This document shows, in pieces, positions 12,586 to 22,790 of a stretch of DNA of 64,000 bases. The DNA lies in the NCBI GenBank assembly GCA_047495785.1, contig JBLDXI010000017.1:1984001-2048000 (forward strand), written 5' to 3'. Below the pieces are notes generated by a model that worked only from the letters and a program-made list of their open reading frames with translations, did not search any database and was not told where the DNA came from. Positions within the stretch are counted from its first letter, which is position 1, and every line of letters begins with the position of its first letter. Position numbers and translations under genes: made by a program. This stretch comes from Lepidodermella squamata (taxonomy: Eukaryota; Animalia; Gastrotricha).

Positions 12586-13659
12586 ATGCCTGTTTTAGCG
12601 ATACTTTCGCTGATTTCTGGAGCAATTGTGTCAGCGTCGTTCGCCACGGTCTGCCCTCACAAATGCTCGTGCTCCCTGGTAATCGTATGTTTGAATCGCG
12701 GAACCACATATTGTGGACGTTCTGACTTCTTCTCGAACTCAAATCACGGGACTGCCCACTCTGTGATGAAAAAGGGCATTCACTCGGCGAAGGATCAGTC
12801 CTGCTATCAAAGCATGGTTAACTGCAGTTATACGAGCGTCTCATACCTCGCAGGAAGTACTCCAGATGACTCGATATTGTCCGGGTCCGAGATGATCTCC
12901 TTTTCAAACGTAAAATTCACAAATGACACCATCACGTATTGGGATTTAGCTCTTTTTCGTGATGTCATATATCTGGCGATCGAAAATAGCTCAAGCGTAA
13001 CAGCGATTGGAACGTCAGCTTTCAGCGGACTTTGTGACCTTGGTTACTTGCGGTTGCGCTTCAATGGCATCAAGTACATTTCTAACACTGCATTTGTTGG
13101 TCTGAATCTGCGAATTTTAGATCTCACCGGCAATCCTCTGATTACAGTCGCAGGTAACGCATTCCTATGTGCGACTATGGATCTCTTGCTGCTTTCTCAG
13201 GATCATGCAAAGCTCTTTTATCTCTGCACAATACTATCATCAGTTAAAACAGTTGGTTTCCTCGAGTCGAACGCCTCGTCATCATGTCCAGAAAGGTTCT
13301 ATGAGATGGAGGATTTGCTGTCCGCGGACCATCAGCATCCAACCATAGTTATGCCGTCTTCAAGTCAGCGAGAAGAAGGGCAAAATGACTCGCTGAAAAT
13401 TCTATTCAATACCAGTGGCTATTTCATGACAAAACCTGCAGATAAATTTGGCTTCACAAATTCGAAATCTAACGGACAAGATTTGCGCCATATATGTGGC
13501 TTACATAACGTGTCTAATCACGGCAGCTCTTGCCAGCAGTGTGACAGTGCTGAGGAAAGGATGAGTGATTTAGCTGGGATTACTTTCTTTGCTTACGCTG
13601 TGGTAACGCTCGTGATTTTGGGCATTCTTTACAATTGTTCGTCAAAAGTCTACGAGTAA
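12586..13659 (+). CDS. Single-pass leucine-rich-repeat membrane protein (paralog B)
   Basis: Collinear with 8446-9543: CPHKCSC, CGRSDFF, SAFSGLCDLGYLRLRFNGI, LDLTGNPL, CQQCDSAEER, TM and short tail. Confidence 0.85.
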   Translation: MPVLAILSLISGAIVSASFATVCPHKCSCSLVIVCLNRGTTYCGRSDFFSNSNHGTAHSVMKKGIHSAKDQSCYQSMVNCSYTSVSYLAGSTPDDSILSGSEMISFSNVKFTNDTITYWDLALFRDVIYLAIENSSSVTAIGTSAFSGLCDLGYLRLRFNGIKYISNTAFVGLNLRILDLTGNPLITVAGNAFLCATMDLLLLSQDHAKLFYLCTILSSVKTVGFLESNASSSCPERFYEMEDLLSADHQHPTIVMPSSSQREEGQNDSLKILFNTSGYFMTKPADKFGFTNSKSNGQDLRHICGLHNVSNHGSSCQQCDSAEERMSDLAGITFFAYAVVTLVILGILYNCSSKVYE

Positions 13660-13903
13660 TAAATGGTTTGAAAAGGGATACTTGTGTTTCAACCGCTAAC
13701 CCGTAGGCTAAGTCGTGAGCTGATTGCTGATTGGTCGCACCAAGAATTGAGTGAAATAGTTTTCATCGAGCTTCATCTTCCATCTTAACAGCTTTCGGAA
13801 CCCCCTCGGCTTTATTCGCTTTTTAGCTAGTTACCCTGCCAATTTTCAACTAGGAAAAATTTATTTTTGAACTTCAGTAATGGCTATGAATTGAGGAAAG
13901 GCA

Positions 13904-16485
13904 CTATGAAGAGTTGCTAGCTGAGGCCAACGGATGTGGTGAAAAAGCAGGAATTATTGCAAACAGGACTATCGGCACCGTAATGTTCCATACGAGATTC
14001 GCATACTGCAAAATGAAAACTACAGTGGGATGTTAGCTTAGAACTTTCAACACGTACCATTATAGTTTTGTCCAAAGCAACGCAGTAAAGAAGCCATTTT
14101 CGCCTGAGTTCTCTTGTTTCCTCTGATGCCGAAGCTTCACCTCGATTGCGGCGAATTTTTTGTTTCGATTTCTTATCCCCTTCATTACCCTGCGATTGTG
14201 TATCAGTTGCTGGCTCGCTTTCCACGTTTGGATTTATCGACACGAAACCATTTGCCATATCACTTGCAGAGCTGTAAATTGTGTTTTGCCGCGTGAGGGC
14301 GGGGGCTGCAAGTCGACTTCCTGGCTTTTTGGGGCTCAGGAGAAGGTCATTCTCGCTTTCATCACAGCGCGACAGTTTTGGCCTCATATAACTGGGCACC
14401 CTTCGTCGCTGATAGCCATCCTGATCTTCGCAGCTTACAAGTAGCTGCGGAATGTTCCACGGTGTCTCTGAGGGGCTGTTGGTGGATGGCGACAATGGGT
14501 AATTCGAATCATGATCCGCAGGAAAAGAAGAATGATTCTGGGATCGGAAACTCGCCCTCGAATATGCGACTTCACTCTGCGTGACGCCTTTGGAAGCAAA
14601 AATTTGCCGTCTCGTGGTGGCTGACCCGAAATTCGATTCAGATGATTGCTGGTTGCTAAGTTGAGACCTTTTCTGCTGCTGATCAGTAGGGCTATCGACT
14701 ACTACATCATTTGCCTGATTTTTGTTGTCCAGAGACATTCGCCGACTCGAAACCTCGCTGCCAACTAGAGGTGGCGAGATAATCTGCGCTGCGTCTATCA
14801 GTTTTGAAGTCATGTTGTAGAGCCCGTTAGTGGAGTGCTTTGGCCAAGCGATACTGAAGAACGCTATGAAGATCGCCGCGATTGAAGGCTCCTCGTTAGG
14901 GTAACGCAGCACTGAGTACATCATTAGGCAGGTTACTATTAAGGATAACACGATGTTGCAGGACATAATCGACATGTAGATCTGAAGGAGCGACATTGAA
15001 TCAGATGATTTCGGGATAATGTCTGATACGCCAGCTTGTGTGACCGAGGTTCCTATGAAAAGACTGGTTAACATTGCCATACGACCTGGATGTTCGACTG
15101 GCAAGGTGCCGGAGAGAGTTTGCAAAAGTGCCAGAAGAATCTAAAAAGCTTCTAAATCAATTTCAACATACATTAAAGCCTCTTTATACCTGAGGGAATA
15201 GGAAGTAGGTCATGTAATATCTGGAAAACCATGAATATTAGAAACCAGAGCAACCCAGATAACTTCAAGCAAACCCTGGTTTCCTCTTCAATATGTAAAC
15301 GAAGGTTATTGATGAAAAATTCCGGTTTTCATAGCCAGCAACTTCAGGAAGGACATCGAAACCTGTGATGGTCCATTCGTGGTTCGTGTAGTACTCTTTG
15401 ATGTCCACGGGCTCTTCGGGGTAAATGTCGATTATGAGGTGGTCCGTAGAGTAAATCCATGATTCCAAACGAATCTAATGCGAATACGCTGGACATCGAG
15501 TATTCTATCAATACTATTCAACTTACTTCGCAACGCTGCCAATCCAGCGGAAAATACCTGAAATCTCAACGATATTGTTCCAGGAAACCTTTAAGTAAAC
15601 AATGCTTTACTTTATTTGAAGGTTGCAGCGAGTTGTCAGTTTTCCACTTGGGTAGAAGCCAACTTCACCGTAATAGGTCAGCTCGACATTGGTTTCCTTT
15701 CGGGTTAATAAATAAGGCTCTGGAGAATTGATAATCGCAATATCCGGGAGCCAGATATCTTTGGAAGACACTGATATCCAAGAGAGGTTTTGATATTTTG
15801 AAGGTTTCCATTTAAGGTAGTGATCTATGGCATGGAAGTTTACCTTCTTGTGTAACGCAAAATAAATGACCATGACTCACCAACCCATCGCTAATAAAAA
15901 AAAGTTATTTAGACGATCTACATACTGCTTTCGATCTTACCATTTTGAGGCAGGCTGCCATAGTCATCATTTGATCTCTTTCAACCTATTGCAAGAATAA
16001 TTTTCAACAATATGGCGCATTTAGGGAGCGAATAGCGTTACGAGCTCCTCGATCATCATGACGCACATGCCGCATGCTACTCGAACGGGAGTGTTGTGGT
16101 GACTAACCGGGCGCACATTCTTCTTGTAGCGGCTGGACTGGCCTAACAGTTTTTCGTACAGAGTGTGCTCCGCCGAAAACTGCATGTCGTCATCATCATC
16201 CGCCGGATTACTCAAAGGAACAACTGCGGAATGAACCTTGGGTTTCCGCGTTGTCTTTTTAAGCTGGGTTGCCGATGATACTTTGTTGACAGGAAGACTA
16301 TCGTCAGGAAATCGCACATCCAAAGCAGAACCTTGTTTTGCGTTCTGGTTTTTTGTCACTAGCGCATCGGCTGGCGTAACGGCCGAGCTAAGTTGGTACA
16401 TGTTGACGACGAATACTACAACCGCATAGAAATAAGAGCTTGGGATCATTATAGATGTGTTCCCTTGTTTGTGAATATCAAACAT
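13904..16485 (-). CDS. Divergent nicotinic-type Cys-loop ligand-gated ion channel subunit 1 (non-alpha); 9 exons: 16485-16042, 15985-15941, 15890-15881, 15824-15611, 15557-15527, 15474-15275, 15220-15190, 15140-14058, 14005-13904
   Basis: The spliced product has Y.KNVRPV, RWVDHYLKWKP, IWLPDI, Cys-loop C-NLQIKYFPLDWQR-C, ESWIY, M1-M3 and M4 (LDKTIMYANLVWNITVPIVLF). All 8 introns are 49-56 nt, GT-AG and phase-compatible. Confidence 0.88.
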
Positions 16486-16934
16486 GGAAGCATTCGCATC
16501 GATGGTCCGAGGTCATAAAATTTAACAGCAAGAAGATATACTCATGACCTTCAGGTTTCGAATAGGAGGACGCGCATATAGTCTCAACTTGATCTACTCT
16601 TTAGAAAAATTGATCAAAGACATCGCTATGGCCAACATTGCAGCTGGATTAATGATTTTAATAAAACGATCAGCCATATTGATCTCGTTTAGAAATCTGT
16701 TCAGAGGCACCCAATTACTCATTACTCACCGAAGCAGTTTTAGAACGGCCTTTCTCATTCCATCGTAGGAAAAGTTTTTATTCTTGCATGACTGCTTTCT
16801 TCGGAAAATAAATGACGAGATGGCTGAGATCTGATTGCTGCTTTATCTTTTTGCACAAAACATCTCTGATTGATTAGAGCTGAATTTTTTGTTCTACAGC
16901 ACTATAATCCGTCGAATGGCGACAAGACATCGCT

Positions 16935-19777
16935 TCATGGGTCGTTGGTCACATGTAGGAAGGGGTGAGGCGACAGAACTGGCACGATTGCAAATAAGAG
17001 AAGTGGGACAATTATGTTCCATACCATGTTGGCATACTGCAAATGAAATAATAGCTATTAATTAAAAATATTAAGCTGGGCGTAATTACCATAATCGTTT
17101 TATCAAGCGCTACACAGTATAGCAGCCATCTCCGCTTCAATTCTCGAGTATCATCGGCCGAGGCTGCCTCGCCCCGCGCGGACTTTGTTCGTTGCAAGCC
17201 TCTTCTAGGGATCAACGGGTTATCAGTTTTCACAGCGGACTTGGTGGCGCGCATGGCCGAACCTCGAAGGGTTCCATTCTCAACCATGGAAGGAGTATTC
17301 ATTGGCGAAAGAACGTTAGGATTCATGGGTGAGAAGTCGCAACCCATGCCAGTGATGTCTGGTGAAGAGTCTGCCGTATTGGGAGCAGTTCGTCTATTCG
17401 TAAAGGGTGATCTCAAGCTCAGGGTCATTTCTCCTCGATGACCAGGAATAGTTCCGTTAGAGTAAGGATGATGCTTTGATCGGTTCGAATTCGGAAGGGT
17501 CGCGGTAGCGTAGTCCTCTTCATCACTGTCATCCCCTGCGAACGTAAGCCGTTTTATCGAGTCGCCCCTTCTATTTCCTTGAGGGGTTGTAACATGGTTC
17601 GGGCGCTGCTGTCCTCTTTTCAAACTCATCATGTCACGTTCGCTCATTTGAACAGGTCGATCAGCGTTTCCTTTCTGGGCGCCTCTTTGCCGATTCCGAC
17701 GTTGCCTATCATCGTTTTGAGAAGCATCGCGGCTGGCTGACGTAAATCTTGAGCTATCTACATCGCGCTCTCTGCCTGGTGATTTTGAACCCTTTTTCCA
17801 GGCCGAGCCTTGTACATCGTCGACCACAACGTAGGGAGAGGACCCACGTCTAGCCGCCATGCTCTGACGCCTGTGAAAAACCGGCACCACTGGGAGGCCA
17901 CGCTGCTTTTCGTTTTCATTTGGCCAGACTATACTGAAGAAAGCTACCATCATGGCTATGAAAGAAGGCTCCTCATTCGGGTATCTGAGGACGGCATACA
18001 TCATCACAAAAGTGACAATGAGAGCGAGCACCAGGTTGATACTCATTATTGTCATGTATATTTGCAACAGTGACATCGAATCAGATGACTAAAATAAAGA
18101 CAAAGTAGAGGAATCTTTACGATGCGACAAGCGAGTATACCTTAGGAATATGTACAGCGACACCGGCTTGTGTCACAGATGTGCCGATGAAAAGACTAGT
18201 CAGCATAGCCATTCGACCCGGGTGTTCGACTGGTAGCGTATGGGAAAGAGTTTGCAGCAGCGCTAATAGGAGTTGAGGGAAGATGAAGTACATGAAGTAA
18301 TACCTGGATGAAAATTTGGTAACATATGGAGAGCCTTTTACAGAATCTTTCTTACTCAGATTTTCTTCGAAGTATGAATGTGAAAGTTATTGAAGAGAAA
18401 TTTTTGCCGTCGTAGTCGGCAACTTCCGGCAGAACACGATACCCCGCGACTGCCCACTGATGATTCGTGTAGTACTCCTTAAGGTCCACAGTATCATCAG
18501 GGTACATTTCGATCTCAAGGTATTGGGTAGGGTATATCCATGACTCAAGTCTGACTTCGCAATGTTGCCAATCGAATGGGAAGTAAGTAATTTGAAGGTT
18601 GCATCGGGTGGCAAGGCGTCCTGACGGGAAGAATCCAACCTCGCCGTGATAGTCGACATCGACATTTGTGGATTTTCTCGTTAGCTCGTACGGCTCTGGT
18701 GAGTTTATGATAGCTATATCAGGTAGCCAAATGTTGGCGGATGATATTGCTAGCCATGTTAGATTGTCGTAGCTCTGGAAAATAGGAATAAATGACCTAG
18801 ATTTCAACCCGACATCAAGACATACCTCTGGTTTCCATACTAAAAAGTCGTCTAAAAGTTGGCGTGGTTAGTCGGCTTATTAAATTGAGTTTTCAATCAT
18901 ACCTGTCCATTTCTATCAGAAGAAAAGAAATAATGAAATTCAATTGTTAAGTTAATCCTATTCAACTTACCATTTTGATGCATGCTGCCATTGTCATGAT
19001 TTGATCTCGCTCAATCTTGGAAATTCATTGATAAGACATACGGCAATATAAACGCTGGCAACTTACAATTTCTTCGATCATCATAACGCACATACCCACC
19101 TGAGAAATTATGGAATAATTGGCATAAAGGAGTATACGTTAAGTTACTTGCCTTGACTTTGATCGGCTGGTGGTGATCACGAACCGGCCGAACGTGCTTT
19201 TGGTAACGGCTCGACCCCAGCAATCGTTGGTAGAGGGAGTATTCAGCTGAATATTGCCCCGCGAACTCCCCATTGTCTACAAATAGTTGGTTAATATTAA
19301 AATTAAACAAATAGGGTGAAGTTAAAAGTTAACATTAAAGCATCCCCGAATCACGAAATAAAGGTAAATAAAGAGGTCATGGTGCCATAGGAATGCTTCA
19401 AAGTGGCAGAAGGGATGGTTGTAATACCTTCTACAGCTGGTTGTAGGCTGAGTGCTTTTAGGATCACGGTAGGCTTTTCTCCAACTGATTTAGCGATTAA
19501 TAGTTTTTCTTAGCAAAACTTCACACTTGCCGCAGAAAATATTAAAATTATACTTACCAGCCCCTTTGCTTCGCTTTGTCGGCTGAGCTTGATTATTGAC
19601 GCCGGAAAATAAGGGTGGCGCAGAAGCAACAGATTTGCCGCCGTGGTTGCTGCCTGATCTTACCGACTCGGTGATACAAATTAATAGAAGTAATCGCAAG
19701 AATTGCTTGCAGAAATGACCCGTTGAACAATTAGCTATGAACCATGCGTTACCTCGAGACATGTTCGACGAACGCAT
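16935..19777 (-). CDS. Divergent nicotinic-type Cys-loop channel subunit 2, tandem paralog. Secure exons: 19276-19152, 19099-19067, 19015-18971, 18912-18903, 18851-18826, 18774-18356, 18303-18141, 18088-17090, 17036-16935. The 5' exons (about 19777-19558, possibly one more near 19430-19485) are less certain.
   Basis: Cys-loop C-NLQITYFPFDWQH-C, IWLPDIAIINS, ESWIY. M2 is identical to subunit 1 (LPVEHPGRMAMLTSLFIGTSVTQAGV). M4 follows LDKTIM. Splice phases are consistent. Confidence 0.85.
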
Positions 19778-22700
19778 CCAGCTCAATTATTCCGGTTCCA
19801 TGAGCAAAACATCCATCTTTTTAGCCATTCAAACGTAAATATTTCTATAAATAGGAAAGAAAGTCGGCGAAAATTGTTTAGTATATAGCCGTAACTGTCC
19901 TATTGAAAGATAACAACTCGTTCAAAATTGGCTTTCGCTTTTGACAATTAAATAAGCATTGATCAATCGTGCCCATAGGGCTACCCGATAAGCGCAAATA
20001 TTTTGAAGCAAGGCGTGAAGTGCGTGACTTTATTCGCTGGTACTACAACCAAAGTGTCAGAATAACTAAACAATTTAGTATCGGCTTTTATCTCGGGGTG
20101 CTGAAAATAAGCGGAGGTTGTAAGAAATTCATGAGTATGCAAATAACATATGTCAGGTGAGAAATAATATTTAAACACCCCGAATTATTTCATAGAGGTG
20201 CTATAAGGCCGAATTGAGTGCTACCAAGCCATCTGAATACTGCACGTCCAGCTCTCGGAAGCAACGATAAGCTTGAGTGCCCACGAAACTAGCCAAGTTT
20301 TTTTATACAATGAAGTGCAGAGCAACGCATTCCAAACATGTTCTACGCGCATGATACGAATACGAGAGATCGCTATGCAATATTCAGGTCATGCGATTTG
20401 TTGAAATCGCATGAAATCACATACGCGCATTTCAGGACTGTGTCGCGCGCATTAGAGGGCGGCCACTCTCCGCTAAAAGTGCTCTGCTGCTCTTTTTACG
20501 CATGGCCAATGGTTGTAAAACATTAATCAGAGGCACAAGTTAATAATACATAGTATATGGCAGAATGCAAGTCTGAAATCGAAAATCACACGTGCGTGTC
20601 AAATATAAACAAATACAAACATAACGGTGTTTTCGTAATCGACTTGGCTGGGTCGCGATTTGCGACGATGCTAAAAATGTAATATTGACCCACTGCAAAC
20701 ACTCACTGCCTCGCTGCCTTGAATCTTTACACGGATTCCATCTTAATTAGGCCAAAAAATTTAACTTAATGTTTGACTAAGGACTAAGGAGAACTCAGCA
20801 AATTATTGCAGAAAAGAAAAAAAGAAGTAAAAAATCCTAAGTTAGATAAAGATTCGGTTAAATCATCCCTGGTGAAAATTTCGATTACAAAAAACGCAAA
20901 ATTAAGTTATTTAAGGAGATTTTCGGGTTCTCGGATTAGCGCATAATAGAGCACTTTTTGAGACCCCCATTTACGGCTTATCTGAGTTTTTGCTTGAATA
21001 CGTCCGTGTACAGAATGCAAAGTGCGTAACTTTACAATGTGATAGCTATAATATGACATTTTTCATGTATTTTTTGTCAAATATCGAACCGTGTAGGTAC
21101 TACACGGCCGGTGGCCGCACCGGCAGACACTCAGGCCTAGTGGGCAGCTACGGGCCCTCGAAGTGCCATCAAGTGCAGAACCCAGCCTAAAAGTCGTTTG
21201 AGCAATTTTAGGAAAAAGCATATCGGAAAAAATCAAAAACTGGCCGAAACTAAAATACGTGTCCCAGTCTAACAGCCAAACCAGTTATAGCTTGGGCAAA
21301 CTACGTCAAAATGTGTTGTAATGGCTGAAGGCTGACTTTCGCGATGTCATAAAAAAAAGCAAATCAATCGGCTAGCGGACGCCCCTGATTTGTTTAGGCT
21401 ACCATTCCCGCCGCCTGCGCATTACAAATTTACAGCCTCCAAGCATACTAGAACGCGGCGCGTTTCAATAGTCGTCGACACGGCCCGCGCGTCCGCCGCT
21501 GCGATCTCAAGTTCGATGCGTGATCGGACATCGCGACATATAGCCAATCTCGACCAGTTAAACGCAGAATAGCCGCCATGTTTTAGTAAGATTTAAATTT
21601 TGCTTTAATGGAGTAATATTTAAACCGACCAAGTACTGAACGACCATGTGGTTATATGGGGAGTACACGGCCCGATGTCTTCTAGTTTCTCGTTCATCCC
21701 ATTATTCAATTTGCCTCTCCGGAGATTGTTTCTCGATCTTTGTCTCGTTGCGCATTAATCGCGCATGAGCGACGTTTACTTAAAAAAAAATAAGTCGCCC
21801 TGCGCAAAAAATTTCGTCGATCGCGGCGCAGTATAGAATGATGATCTGATAAATAGGCCGTGCGGTTCGGTTTAACGTAATTCAGATAATTGTAAAAGTT
21901 GCGCTCTTTTTCGAGTCGAAGACGACGGTTTATTTTCGCAATTCACGGGCCTCATACCAATAATAGTCACCAAAGCGCCCCCGTGTCTTGCGTCACGAGT
22001 TCATAGCCGCGTCCGCCAAAAAACACACGCACTAGTAATTGTATCCAATGAAACGAAATTAAATTGAAATATATTGTGATAAACAGTGTGCTCGGTGCTA
22101 ATAGCCAATGATGTCCGGGGAATCATGTCCCTTAGGGTCAATATCTCAAGCTGAACGTTGAAACCCTGGGAGATGATTATTGCGCGGAATATAGTATTTT
22201 CATACTAAGGCTATAAGGTAAGAGCTATTAGGTAAAATTATCAATTTTCACGGTTTGTAATAATTAAGTAATTAAGATTTGTACTGGAAAAAATTACCGC
22301 ACGATATATCAATAATTATGACCTCGCGCGTCTCTAGAGAATAAGGTCTTTCAGAAACGCCGGTATATATATGTACTACTAGACGGTGTCCTCACTGCAT
22401 TCGGGTCATAAGTACTTGTAAGAGATATAATTGAGACGTCAGTTTTTTGCATCCATGTAAAACATACATGTCGCAAATTCAAATTAAAGTGCTGGACAAA
22501 AAAGCTTTCAATGCAATAAAGAAAAATCTAATTACATGAGCGATGGCACAAGTGAATAGTAGCACGCATTGGTTCTTGGGCCGATAGGCGAGGAGGAGTA
22601 GTTGAGAAATAGTTAAATAATATAATCAAAAACCCACTTCACTTTATCTCATTGCGCGCTCAGTGCGGACGACCGTGTTATTTCCAAAGCAATATATGCC

Positions 22701-22790
22701 TATGTACCTGATCTGAAGAAAGGTTCTTATTTTTTTTACATTCGCACCAGCCTATAAGGAACGATATTGCAGCCTAATAAACACCTGAAA

